From the human T2T-CHM13v2.0 reference genome, Homo sapiens: DNA of 64,000 nucleotides. The translations under genes were made by a program, and so were the position numbers. Each line of letters opens with the position of its first letter. The first letter of the stretch is position 1. Positions 25,480-39,580 of the stretch are shown here, piece after piece. The notes below the pieces were generated by a model. That model was not told where the DNA came from. It did not search any database and saw nothing but the letters and a program-made list of their open reading frames with translations. Where the stretch lies: the NCBI RefSeq assembly GCF_009914755.1, contig NC_060931.1, one strand, 5' to 3'.

Positions 25480-25680
25480 TCAGAGTCAGCTCCATCACTT
25501 AAGTGGCTGTGTGATTGAGTGGAGACACCTCAATCTCTTTGTGCCTCAGTTTCCTCACCTGTCGAGTGTCAACATGATGGCACCTAAAGCTGTTGAGACT
25601 TCAGAAAGGTAATGTGTGAAAAGTGAAAAGTGCCTGGCATCCAGGAAGTACTCAATAAATACCAACTATTTTATTGCTGC
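25480..25680 (+). mobile_element. MIR SINE
   Basis: TGTGCCTCAGTTTCCTCACCTGT core; AGTACTCAATAAAT end. Confidence 0.7.
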
Positions 25681-25704
25681 AGCTGTTCTTATAGATGTGA
25701 TTTC

Positions 25705-26040
25705 TAGAACATTGCCTTCTAATAGGGTAGCCATGGGCCACAATTGTTGGCTGTTCGGTGTTTCACATATGGTTAGTCCAAACTAAGATGTGTTGTGAGT
25801 CTCAAATACACACTGGATTGTGAAGACTTAGGACAAGGAAAACAATGTTAATAAAATCTCATTGATAACTTTTAAATTAATTACATGTTGAAATGAAAAT
25901 ATTTGGGACATATTGAGTTAAATAAAACAGGAGATTAATTTCTTCTGTTTCTTTCTACTTTTTTTATTAGTGTGGCTACTCAAAAATGTGACATTATGTA
26001 TGCATCTCGTATTACATTTCTATTGGACAGCAGCGCTCTA
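25705..26040. mobile_element. MER33 (hAT-Charlie)
   Basis: AACTAAGATGTG...AAATACACACTGGAT...GTGTGGCTACT...CATTTCTATTGGACAGC. Confidence 0.75.
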
Positions 26041-26681
26041 GACAGTACTATGGGTAGTATCTGTGGGGAGGTTCTCAGAAACATGTCGCATGCTCTTTTA
26101 GAACCTTAAAGTATTCCTAGTCTCCTCTACTTCCAGCCCTTGGCTCTTGGGCCTCAGTCTTTTTACTTTTGCGGCTGTGTTTCTCTGAAGGCTTGGCATT
26201 AGTAGATTGAAAAGAATAACCATCTAGGGAAATGTGAATTCAGTTTCTTTCTGACATTCTGCTCTCTACAAGGGGATATTATGTACACATAAACCTACTT
26301 CCAAAATAATGAAGTGAGGCCTAATTCCTTACTCTTCAGAGAGCCCACTGTGGAAGTGTCACTGACCTTGTGTATGGGCTGCCCTTCATGGCTCTGGGAG
26401 TCATTATAAAGGGCAGCATTTGGCGTGGTGCGTCCTAAGCCAGTGTTTCTCGGCTCTGTTCCTTAGACATGTGTTAGTGTTAATAGATGTTCTTGGAAAA
26501 AAAAAAAAAAAACAGCATTCTGAGGTCAAACATGCTCAGAAAGCTTGGAATCTGCACTACGCTTCTCGTACACATTTCATATTAAAGATTTTGGAAAGTC
26601 CTGCAATACAGAGCCCTGTCTAATATTGCCACAACCCACAATTGCTCAAATGTAAATAGATTTGAGTTTATTCACATTCAG

Positions 26682-26770
26682 ATCACCTCTTAAGGCCCCA
26701 CCTCCCAATGCTGTCACAATGGCAATTAGATTTCCACATGAGTTTTGGAAGGGACATTCAGACCACAGCA
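26682..26770 (-). mobile_element. MST/MLT1A MaLR LTR fragment
   Basis: ATCACCTCTTAAGGCCCCACCTCCCAAT...CATGAGTTTTGGAAGGGACATTCAGACCACAGCA. Confidence 0.7.
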
Positions 26771-27369
26771 GGGGAAAGCAGGGTACTTGCTGCTTTGCAA
26801 GTGTGTCCACATCTAATTAATAGTACAGTTCTTACTCTTGGTGTGTCCGGTGATATTAAAAATTAATGTGCCTTATTTAGATAAGTAACATAAAAATCAC
26901 AAAATGTATGCCTTAGATTTATATGTATTTATAACTAGTCTATTTCCTGAAAACAGTTGAGACACCTTGTAAAAGTTACCGGTACGATAGGGCCATTCCA
27001 ACAAAGCTGTAAAGTGGTGATAACACAGTCATAAAGAAGAGGAGATAGCTCTGGGAGAAAAGGTGGCCCAGAAACCAGCTCTGAGCCTCATGGCTGCAGG
27101 CAAGGTCTGCAGGTTCCTGGTCCTGATTGCAGGCCATTTGCTGCCTTGAGTGGTGGTTACACAAGGCCAGCCCTGGGGGTATCACCCAGAACACCTAGTA
27201 CACGAATTTCAGTTTAGAGGACGAAGCATTACTGGAGTATTGTTATGCAGGAAAACTTTTTCCTAAAAATGCCCTGAAAAGAGAGTAGCCTAATGCATTC
27301 AATCAAAATGTTTTTAAGTGGAAAACATATTGTGTGTACTTGATCTGGCCTGCTGCTTTTAAAAGATTA

Positions 27370-27715
<346 letters not shown>

Positions 27716-29962
27716 TCACCTAACCACATTTCATGACACGGCTAGAGAAGAATCATGCAAATAAAAATTTCCAACATGTTCGTAAACTGGGAAAGTATTT
27801 CACTGGGGAGTGAGCAGAAAAGTAATACTATAACCTCTATATCTAGACAAATGTGAATTCAGTTTCACATATAAATATATAAGTGAAAAAATATATAAAT
27901 ATAAATAATATGAAATAATGGTTATCTCACCACTTTCTACATCTTTTGTGAATATTTTATAGTGCTCAAATATATTAGTGCACTAGTATATGTACATTAC
28001 ATTAAATAACTAATCATTTATTAGGAGGATGTGCTTGTTTTTTGCTAATAAAGATGATAATAAAAAAATCCTTAGACCCCCCCTCGGTTTGTTTTCAGTT
28101 AGGAATTAGGGATATTTATAAGAATATCTTTAAATGACACATGCCTTGCTCTGGGACGAGGCATCTGCATGGGTGACACATATGTGTTGTGTGTACAGGC
28201 TCCCAGCATTTCCAGGGCCCTGCTCAGAATGTAGGCCTTACTGATTCTTACAGAGTTACAAGCGCTGGTGAGGTTGGCGAAGTTTAGGTAAACACAGCTG
28301 GGAATGCCCCATGGCCTCTGGGTGACTTTGGACATCACTGAACTTTACCCTTAGAGATGCATACCTGCATCTTTTTTACCCTGATAGGGCCTTCCATGAT
28401 GCTTTCAAAGTGTTTTTGTCTGCTTTTCGGTTAATAGACTTTCACAGTAGCCAATTGAATATATTGGTTAAATGCATCTCTTTATACACAGACTGGATTC
28501 AAACTGAGGTTGTGTCTCTCCCTGGCTGTGTGACGTTGGGTATGATCCAAGTGTCAGATTACTCAACTTCAAAATGAGGACAGAGCCTTTCCCTTCTAGG
28601 GCTGCCAGGAACATTGAATGAGAGAGTGCTGGCAGCTTAGTACAGGTGTTCATTGCTCTTGTATGGTACTGTCTGTGGCACGGCTAGATAAAATACAGTA
28701 GCCACTGATTCAAATTTCAACTGAGGAGTAAAATAAACTGAATAACTTAGAAAAGTTTTCTTCTTTTGAATGACTCTAAGAATTTAAGGAGCATGTGAGT
28801 GTTGATGGCTCTAAAAGGGTAACAGAGCCCAACTAGCTCAGTTCTCAGCATGAAAATAGTCATATGGCACAGACTCAGTGGAGTGGGTGCACTTCAATAA
28901 CTGGAAGCACAGATGCCCTACAGCAGCATCAAAGATGGCACTCTAAACTACTTTCAATCCTTTAAAATAAATGGAAACGCACATTTAGTATGCATATGAC
29001 AACACGAAGGACTTCGATTTTGCTGATGCAATACAGTTTTACAGGATTTTTTATACTCAAATTAGTAAAATTCTGTATTGCATCCAAATTATAAATTATA
29101 ATATCATCTAGATTGGACATAGGAATAACGACCACTGGTATCTGCCCAGAAAGCTCTACCGCCTGTTTATAAGCTCCTGCAGGAGACACAAAAAGAAGAG
29201 AATTTGAATATAACTTGAAATGACCGTAATCTCCTGCCCCAACTCATTTCATTACCAAACCGCCTCTTTCTTCATTATTTCTCCTGAAGCACAAATCTAT
29301 AGAGAACTCAGCTGCCAGTCTCTCCCACTGCACTCAGCAGTGAAAGGGTTAGGCCTAGGCTTTTCAAACAGACCAGTGCTTGTATCAGCCCTTAAACATC
29401 TCTGGAGAAGGAAATGGGATCCTTCTTTGGTAATTCATTTTTGACAGTTGGGGATTAGGTGTTCTGTATCTGGGGGGCCTTGCTGTCTTCTCTCCTCCTC
29501 CTCCCACTGCAGACCCTCTCCTCCCCTCCCCTCTCCAGCTCTCTGATGACTGCTTCATGCTCCTTCCACCTGAGGACTGCCAGCACAGCCTATTGCAGGA
29601 ACAGCCAATGAGGGGCTGGCTGTGCTCTTTTATTTATAAAATTATAAACTCAAGCAAAATCTAGACTATGTGTCCCCAAGATCAGAGGAGCACAAATCCC
29701 TTGCTTACAGATTGCATGGGGGGCACATTCTTTAAAATTGGTCCCTGATCTAGACTCTAGCCTGAGAATCATCTTTAAGTTCAGAATTTCCACTCATGAC
29801 CTCACATCTGTGGGCTCCCACATTGTCTTCCAAAACACACATGGCATCTGGCATCACCTTCACCCCCACCCTCAGAGCCTCATCTCCCTGCAGGTAGATA
29901 GTCAAGGCAACCTCTTCACTCTTCTGCCAAGCCTCCTCTCCTCAGCTCTTCCCTTCCTCTCT

Positions 29963-30465
29963 CTTTTTGAAAATATTTTTAATTGTGGCAAAATATACAC
30001 AACATAAAATTTACCATCTTAATCATGTATAAAAGTGGAGTTCAGTGGCATTAAATACATTCACGTTGTTCTATAGCCATAAACACCATTCATCTCCAGA
30101 GCTCCTTTCATCTTGCAAAGCTGAAACTCTGTCCCCATTAAGCAATGGCTCTGTTTTCCTCCGTTCCCCCAGCCCCTGGCCACCATCCTCAGTTTTCTGT
30201 CTCTGTGAGTTTGATTACTCTAAGCACCTCTTATAAGTGGATCATACAATGTATCTGTCTTTTTGTGACTGGCTTGTTTCACTTTCCATAATGTCTTCAA
30301 GGTTCATCCACGTTGCAGCATATGGCAGAACATCTGTCCATTTCCAGGCTGAATGGTACTCTTTTGTACGTGTGGACCACATTTCATTTATCCATTCATC
30401 CACGGGAGGGCACTTGGGTTGCTTCTGCTTTTTAGCTATTGTGAATAACGCTGCTATGAACATAG
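29963..30465 (-). mobile_element. L1MB 3' end
   Basis: ACAACATAAAATTTACCATCTTAA...GTTCATCCACGTTGCAGCAT...TATTGTGAATAACGCTGCTATGAACAT. ORF 30242..30493(-) resembles the L1 ORF2 C-terminus (MFIAALFTIAK...KCP...W). Confidence 0.9.
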
Positions 30466-31168
30466 CTGTATGCCTTTGTCTTTTAAAGCCCAAATCTGAT
30501 CAAGTCACTCCCCAGCTTAAAACCTTCCACTGCTCCCCAGCAGTGGGATAAAGGCCAGTCTCCCCTGTAGGTCTCTCCCGCCAGCCCTGCTCAGTCTTCT
30601 TGCTTGTCATCCTTGGCTAGGCCTTGCATTGCCATAGCCCTCTGCCTCTGTTCACGCTCTCTCATCTTGGAGCATGAGCCTTCCATCATCTCTACCAGAT
30701 GAACTCTCATTTCTTCTTTCAAAAAATAAAAAACCCAAAAAACCCAGAGATCCCAACTGTCCTGGTGTCTGCATAGTCTGCAGCACACGCCCCCTCCATG
30801 GCCCTTCCTCCATAAGCAGAATCACTCCTCACTGTTCCTGCAGCACCTCCTGTGTGCCCACACAGCTGTCCTGCGGTGGGCTGTGTGTGTGAGTGTGCCC
30901 CCTCTAGGACCTGAGCTCCTTCTGGAGGGTGGGCACAGCATCCATTCATTCTGGGAATCCTGGTCGGCACCATGCTAGAACTTCTGCAAGTGAGTGCCTT
31001 TGGTGCTGGCCCATGGGAGAGCTGTTGGTAAGGCATACTTTTGCAGATTCCAGTTGCTGCTGAGGTTGTTGCTCTTTGCACAAGTTTCTTCTAGTCACCA
31101 GTGAAGTGACATGTGTGGCAGGCATGGCCCAGGGAGGCTTTTTCATAAAGAAGAGGTTGAATCTTTGG

Positions 31169-31564
31169 GGCTGTGGTTTGAATATGTCCCTCAAGCTTAT
31201 GTGTTGGAAACTTAATCCCAAATGCAATAGTGTTAGGAGGTGGGGCCTAATCACAGGTGATTAGGTCATAAGGCTCTGCCCTCATGGATGGCTTAACATG
31301 TTTAGTGAGGCAGTGGGTTAGCTATTGTGAGAGTGGGCTTGTTAGAAAATTGAGTGCAGCCCCCTCTTGCTTGCTGGCTACCATGCTCTCTTGCTTTTCT
31401 GCCTTCTGCCGTGGGGTGACACAGCAAGAAGACCCTCCCCAGATGCTGGCACCATGCCCTGGGACTTTCCAGCCTTCAGAACCACGAGCCAGACAAATTT
31501 CTTTTCTTTATAAATTACCCAGTCTGTGGTATTCTGTTATAGAAACACAAAATGGACTAAGACA
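31169..31564 (+). mobile_element. MST (MSTD-like) MaLR solo LTR
   Basis: CTGTGGTTTGAATATGTCCC...TTTATAAATTACCCAGTCTGTGGTATTCTGTTATAG...GGACTAAGACA; about 396 bp. Confidence 0.88.
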
Positions 31565-34500
31565 ATCTTCTTTCATCAAGTTAGGGTACCAACCTTTAAA
31601 GACTGCCAGTCCAAGGTTAAAGGAAACTTTTCAAGAGCAGTCCAAACATGATCTGGCCCTCAGCTACTCTCCAGGGTCATGCCACCCTATCACCCACTGG
31701 CTCACACAGACGCTGACCACTGCTTAGTTTCTCAAACTGAAGTTTTCCTCCTCAGAGCTTTTGCAAAACCTTTTCTTTGCCTGGAAAACTCCCCCCACAA
31801 ATCTTTAGTTGTAGGTTCCTTCTCATCTTGCAGAATTATTAGTTTGCTCTTCAAATAGTCTCTCCAGCTAGACTATCAACTCCAGGAGGGCAGAGTTCTT
31901 CTTCGCTTCCTTCACCCATGTGCCCACTGAGTCCAGAACTGTATAGCAGTTTGATTGAAAAAATCCACAGGGTGGAGGATGAGAGGACCCTGGATCCCAG
32001 CCTCACAGCCTCTTACTTCACCTGTGTGATTTTGGTCAAGTCCTTTATTCTTCCTGGGCTTTAGTTTTCCCTTATCTAAAATATGAGAAAAGTTCCCCTC
32101 TCCTGGGTATTCTGGGAGACTCATGTAAAAGGCACTGAGCCAGTGCAGCACATCTATGACCAGGAAGGGTCAGCTTCCTGCCTTGCATGAGACACACATT
32201 CCCTTCTTCATGCACAGTTATTCATGAGTTAAATATGTATTGAGAAGTGGGTTCTCAGGAGATGATGCATCCACAGCATTGTTTGTATGCCTCTGTCTTT
32301 GATGTCCCTGCCTGAGTCGCCCACTTTAGAGCCCTTCTGTTCTTCAGAAACCAGACTTTTCTTTCAATAGTTTCAGTAATCAATCGATCAATCAATCAAC
32401 CAATCAACAGTGATAATAATCATGAGTGAGCCCCTGCCCGTGCTGGCTGTGTCCTGCTGAAGGCACACTAAGTGCTGCCCTTCCCAGAAGCCTCAGGAAG
32501 CTTGCGAAGCTCAGGTGCATGGATGCCTGGTGGAATGAGGAAGGGATGCAGCCAGGTAGAGAAATGCCCTGCCATCACTTGCATCAGCATCTGTGAAGAG
32601 CTGGCCAGGCTTTTGCTCACAGTGGTTGACACAGTCAAGGAGCAAGGGCCCCGTAGGAGAGGGGAGTCAAGGGCTCCGGGTGGGAATGGAGCTGGGGGCT
32701 GATGCTGGCTTCTGGAGCACTGTAATGTGACTGAGAAAGGTGAAGGAGCCGTTCTGAAAAAGAAGAAGGCAGGAGCTCGCACAGCTCTTGACTCATCTTG
32801 ACTTCTTTTTCCTGCTTCATCCAAGCAGGTCGACTCTCTCGTGATCTCAGAGACAGAGTGAAGTCATGAGTGGGAGGGGAGCACAGAAAATAAGACCTTG
32901 ATTCCCAGCATTGGGAGACTCCCTGCTCCCCTGAGTCTCGGAAAATAGCACCCTTCAAATGTTTTAGGGATCCAGATTTGATGAAGAGATGTTATTTTGG
33001 CTTTTAGATTCTTAGGAGAGATTTGTCTTTCTCAGGTCAGGAAGAAAATGCTGCCCGCTGCACATTCTTCGGGACAGACTCTTTTAATTATTACTAGTTT
33101 AATGTATGTTTTGCTTAGTTAAGGAAAACCCCTGTGGTTTCTTGACGTGCTTCAGTATTCTAACTCACAGCTGATTCAGTTCAGGGGGCTGGGGAGATGT
33201 CCTCGACCTCTGGAAAGGAGGGTGCATCTCTAGAAATAAGGCTAAGTATGCCACTGACACTGTCTGCATAAACGTGTGTGATCTCAGGTCCAAAGGATGG
33301 GGCCTGGTCTAAGCCAGGGACGTGGGAAATCATTTTCCTGTGGCAACTTGTGAAGACCATTCTGTGACCTTGGTGTCTCTGGGCCTTCTCTTAGATTTTC
33401 TAAGTTGGCTAGTCAGTGGAGCTGCCATCCCTCCTTTGCCCATGTTCTACTCCCAGAGTTCCTCCAAGAAATTGCGGAGCAATGCCTGTTTCATGAGAGC
33501 TGAGTTTGCTGTGTCTTCCACTTAGAAACAACACTGTGGACCAGGAGGACACACAGCTCCCAGGGCCATCACCACACAAAGTGAAGGCTGGTGAATCCGA
33601 GGCTTCTAGCCCTTGCCGGGCCAGGCCCGCAGCACTCCGCTCCCCAACCCAGCCGCTGCTTTGTCGCAGGAACCTCAGCAGGGCAGGGTGTTTCCTAGGA
33701 GGACATCCGATTCCCAGCCATTCCTTTCAGTGAATCACCTGAGCTCACATTCTTTTTTCTTTTATTTTTGAAGCTCTTAGCCAATCTGCTTCGCGATGAA
33801 CCAGTTTTGCTTGAAGCAGACAAACCCGATTGTCAGGAGACAGTGATGATTTCTTCAGTCTCTGAGGAAGAGTTTTCATTTTCCCCAATTCGCAAAAAAA
33901 GTCAGGTCCCTCCCTCCCTCCCTCTCCGTAGAATATTTTCCATGTGTGTTAACAATGGCTGAGCGTGGTAGATGCCAGGAATTTCTGTCAACCCTCAAAG
34001 AGGAAAGCCCTGCCTAATGGTCTGCCCGTTCTTGTTCACTCCCTGCCCCAGGCTCCCCACCCGCCTTCTTTCTGGAAGGTATAAAGGCTCCTGCTTATAC
34101 CTGGCACTGCACGCTTCGCTCCCTCTGATCTCCTGACTGTCATGCCCAGTGTCTCAGCCTATCATTCTACCTCTAACTCGACCTTGAGTGACCTTGAGCA
34201 AGTTTCTCAGGATTCCACCTCCAAGTCACTCTCCCTTTGGGATATGCAGCACTAAGTTAAGCTTGCCTGGAAAACATCACTTGAAGCTGGAAAACCACTT
34301 TTAACACAGCGGGAAAAGCTATTTGTTCAGACAGGAGTGGGGTGGGTCTGGGCAGAGCACTGCTCTAACTTGGCCATGCCGTGGCAGCAGCTCCTTTAAT
34401 GCCACTTTTTCCTGGCGCGCCCGCGGGGCCTGGAGCTCAGAAAGAGGGGAACGCTCCCTCGTCTCTCAACAGTTGCTCCAGACAGGTCAGCAAACATGGA

Positions 34501-35126
34501 ATTCAGAATGTTCATTAAACACTGGCTGTGTCTTTTGTGTTCAAAAGCAAGACACTCTCTCTGAACCATGGCCCCACAGAGAGTGCAGAATGTGTGAAAC
34601 CTGCCGGGAAGGTCTGGACCCCTTGCGGGGCAGTGGGCAGCACCGTGCCTCCGTTCACACCACTCACATGGCTGTGCCTCTGCTTCCTTCTGGCATGGCT
34701 GCTTCTTCCTCAGGTCTCAACCATCTCCCTCAGATGCTCTTTCCCATGTTTGTGGCTACAGGTCCCCGTGACCTGCAGAGGCAGAGCACTCACCAGCAGC
34801 CCAGCCTCGTTGCGCACCCATGTTTGCATTTGCAGGCCCTAGAACCACTCCAAGCTCCGTGTGGCGAGATGCACCCTCCTGCCCTTCACTGGGGAGCTGC
34901 CCTCCTGTTCACAGCGGCACCTGAGTCACACATCTGGAGCCATCCTGGACTGCCTCATTTCCCCGATGGGGGGTTTCCCTGACTTCATCCATCCTGTCTT
35001 TTGGGTCCCCATAATAACTGACATGGGTCGGCCCGTACCAGCCCCTGTGAGAAGGGCTTTAACTGCCTTCCCACCCCCTGCTCATCTTAGAGTCTCTCTA
35101 TAGTGCTGCTGAAAGAATCTCTAAAT

Positions 35127-35292
35127 CAGTGGTTCTCAACCTCAGCCGCACATTGAGAATCACCTGGGACCCTTAAAAAAATCTTAACTCTTGGTCCAAG
35201 AATTCTATTACAATCGGTCTGGGATGGGGCCCTACAGGTATTTTTTTAAAGCTCTCCAGTTGGTAATGCATAGCTAGAGTTGAGTATCGCTG
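35127..35292. mobile_element. MER5B
   Basis: CAGTGGTTCTCAACCTCAGCCGCACATTGAGAATCACCTGGG...AAAGCTCTCCAG. Confidence 0.8.
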
Positions 35293-35614
35293 TTCTAACG
35301 TGCAGATCTGGTCATGTTACCAGCCTTTTAGGTGGTCTTCTTTGGCTTTCTCTATCTAAAGTTCAAAACCGAACATGTGCGCATTCAGTGCACCCATTTT
35401 CAACTGTGCATTAACACATTCAGCCCACCAGCAAGATTTATGAACCATTTTCTGCTGTTGTATATAACATATCATATGCATAATGGCATAGGTTATTGTT
35501 TTCTTCAAAATATATGAGATGTGAGTCCTTCTACGAACTGACTCACACTGATTGCCCAACTTCCTCTCTCGAGGTCTCATCCTCTTTCCCTGCAGCCGTC
35601 TCCCTCTTGCACGC

Positions 35615-35660
35615 ACACACACACACACACACCACACACACACACACACACCACACACAC
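35615..35660. repeat. Interrupted (CA)n microsatellite
   Basis: Direct reading. Confidence 0.9.
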
Positions 35661-36649
35661 CAGGGTCGATGCCATCTACCCTGGACTTCATCTTGAACTC
35701 CTTCGAGTGTGAGTCATTACTCCTTTGTGCACCTCTGCTTTCTCTTCTCAAGATGTTCACCTGCTTGAGGTCAGTTCCTTGAGCGTCTTCCACTTGCCAT
35801 GTTCACCACAGTGCTCAACATGCCTGAATGCATGGATGGCGACTTCTCAGATCCTCAGTCTCCTCATCTGGGTAATAAGGCATTGGGTTGGCGGGTCCAT
35901 CTGGTTTCTTCCAGCTCTGAGAGTGCATTTGCTCTGTGATTCATTCGTTCCACAACACTTCACCAATTAAAGAGAGGGTACAAAAGGTGAACATCCTTGG
36001 CTCCCAGCAGATGCTCCTCAAAACCTGAAAAATCAGATAGGTGAGGGAAGATTGAATGAAAGGCCTCTTATGATTCTGCAGCAATTTTGGTGGTTTAAGA
36101 ACTCTATGGAAAAATCATCAGTATTTCTGGAATTGAAGTAAAATGGATAGTGAGCCTCTGTGTATGTGAAGGCCCGCATCTGGAACATGAAAGAACCTGT
36201 CTGATGTGTTCTAGTCAGGAAAGCAGGTAGCCAATACTATTTATAGAATTTACAGAAACTGAAGATTTTGTTTCTACTGATTTTCAAAATAGTATTATGT
36301 CTGATTTTTTTCCTCAGAAATATACTTCCTGCTCTTCTCAACAAACTCATTTGAAAATATGATTAGAACATGATAGAATTTTACTCATTTGCCAACTGCG
36401 GTTCCCATTTCACATATTGTTAGAATTCTGCATGGTGGCTTTGCCCTTTAACCACTAACTGATAAATGATGTAGTTAGCTTTTAAATGTGTGGAAAAATA
36501 TAATTTCAGGTTCAACCATAGGTCAGAAGTACACGTGTTTTGTTAGTCTATTTGTCTCTCAGTCATCTCATGGAAAATTCTCAGCTTTTGGTATGGAAAT
36601 AATTTTCTTGAAGGCAATATTTGTTGAGTGACTGACGGAATGAAAAACG

Positions 36650-37225
36650 CCAGTTGCGTAAGTGTGAAAAAGATCTGGGTGTTTTCATTGGATCCAAATT
36701 CCACATGAGCCAACAACAGCGTGGTGTGGAGGCTGGAGCACATTAATAAGAACAGTGTCCTAAATTCAGGAGGTAATGCTCTGCCCATGCCCTGTGCAGC
36801 TCAGACGGTGTGTGCAGTGCAGTATGTAACCCAGGGCACATTTCAGGGGCCCACAGGGAGCTGCAGCTTGTAAGGTGGAGTGCAGCCAACAGAGCAGAGA
36901 GTCGGAATCCCCGCAGAGCGGTTGAAGGCACAAGGATGCGCAGCAAGGAAGACAGACTTATAGGTGGTGCGACTGCCATCCTCTGGTACTGAAGGTGCTA
37001 TCATGGAGGGAGGGAAGTAGATTGACCCTCCTGGCTCCAGAGTACGAAACTCAGACAAACGGTCAGAAGCTTACAGGGAGGCCAATTTTGGATCAACTTT
37101 AAGAAGAATTTTTTAAAAGCTAGAGCAATCCTAAAATGGAATTTGCTCTTTATAAAGTTGCGAATGCCTCACCCTGGAATTGCTTAAGCAAAGTTGGGAC
37201 GGGCAGTTGTGAGTAATCTCCTTTC
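36650..37225 (+). mobile_element. L3/CR1 LINE fragment
   Basis: CATGAGCCAACA...; AAGAAGAATTTTTTAAAAGCTAGAGCAATCCTAAAATGGAA...CCCTGGAATTGCTTAAGCAAAGTTGG, typical of the CR1 3' region. Confidence 0.65.
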
Positions 37226-37946
37226 CAATCCATACCCGCAATCACCAGAAACGTGGACTTCCCTGACACTGAGCACCTCTTAATTAAGCATCTCATAAGT
37301 GAACAAAACCCAGCCCTTCAAAGAAGTCACTTTATTTATGTGTGGGTCTGCAGCTTGGATTTCTTGATAATGTTAAATAAAACTCCATCTACTCTTCCAC
37401 AAACACTTCAAGAAACCTAAGACTTTTGGCCAGAGTAACACCGAGGTTTGAGAGAAAGGATATGTGTGTGAGAGGTGTGGTTTCATTAGAACATATTATT
37501 TGACTTCATGTTGAATCAACACTTTTGTGCAAAATGCAGTTTTACCAGCCTCTTTCCTTGTTTTGGTCACATAATTTAACTTAACATTCTCGGTACTTGA
37601 TTTTCTAACATAAAATGGGATTGAGAGGGGAATTTTGAAGTTCCCATGGTCTGTCCTCTACATTCTGACAGCTCATTATCTCTGCGGTATTGTTCTCACA
37701 TTTAAGTGAGGTTAGCGGAGGCAGAGGCCTCTCAGGCCTGAAGATAGCCTCTGTTTTCAGGGAAATACTAGACTGTGAGATCTGTGACACTGAAGCACTA
37801 AGTTCATCTCACAAAAGCAACGTGCTCTTTTTAAATGGTTGATCAAAGTTACTTTCAAAAGGAAGTGTTAGTTTTTGTTATTAGCCGAAACAAGAGCTGC
37901 TTTAATGTAGTATATTTAAAATCATATCTCAATTAAGATGTTATTC

Positions 37947-38752
<806 letters not shown>

Positions 38753-39194
38753 TTTAAAAAGATGCTATGCAATAAAATTCTCAATTAAGAATTTAACTTG
38801 GTAAATGTTCATTTAATGATCTAAAAATATGTGTCTGGATGGCTCTAGCAAAAAAATAAATAATAAGTTTCTCAGAGATGGTAAGGCTGAAATAAATGGG
38901 GAAAAATCTGAATTGTAATCCTTTTTCTGTTGGACCTGGTGTTGGGGTTTCACACTTGTGGGTGAATGTGGGCCTCCTGTGAGCACCAGCACAAAAGACT
39001 AAACTGAACAAAAGATTAAATGTCACCTCTAAAATTCTGTGCAACAAGACTTCCAGCCACAGAATGTGCAACTCAGATTTCCAAGTAAAAACACACCAGG
39101 AAGCAGATCTTAGATCTCTGTTATCTCCTTGGCACCAGCTGGTATTCATCCTCAATGCTAGCTAGAGTTGAAATAAAGAGTGAAAGAACTTTCT

Positions 39195-39580
39195 CTTTTA
39201 TTACTTAATAAACTTTCTTTTTTGAGCTGTTTTAGGCTTACAGAAAAATTGAGTGGCAGTTTCAGGGAGTTCCAGCACGGCCCCTGTTTCTTTCTCATGG
39301 TCCCTGCAGGTTTCCCCTATTATTAACGTCTGTCATTAGCATGGCACATTTGTTACAATTAATGAGCCAATATTGATACATTATTCACTAAAGCCCACAG
39401 GTTGCGTTAGGGGTCATTCTTGGTGGTGTACGTTCTTCAGGTCTGGACAAATCTATAATGACATGCATTCACCATTACTATATCACGCAGAGTCGTCTCC
39501 TGGCCCTACAAGTCCCCTCCTTCCCCACCTGCTCACTCCTCCTTCCCACCCTCCCCAAACTGTGGCAACCATTTAACTTT
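39195..39580 (-). mobile_element. L1MC-like 3' end
   Basis: TTTTAGGCTTACAGAAAAATTGAG...CATTTGTTACAATTAATGAGCCAATATTGATACATTATT. Confidence 0.75.

Noticed and set aside
30242-30493. ORF resembling the L1 ORF2 C-terminus (also 38282..38635)
   Set aside because: Decayed L1 fragments, annotated as mobile elements.
34323-34982. Longest ORF (219 aa)
   Set aside because: Non-ATG start, GC-rich context, no recognisable domain or exon structure; expected by chance.
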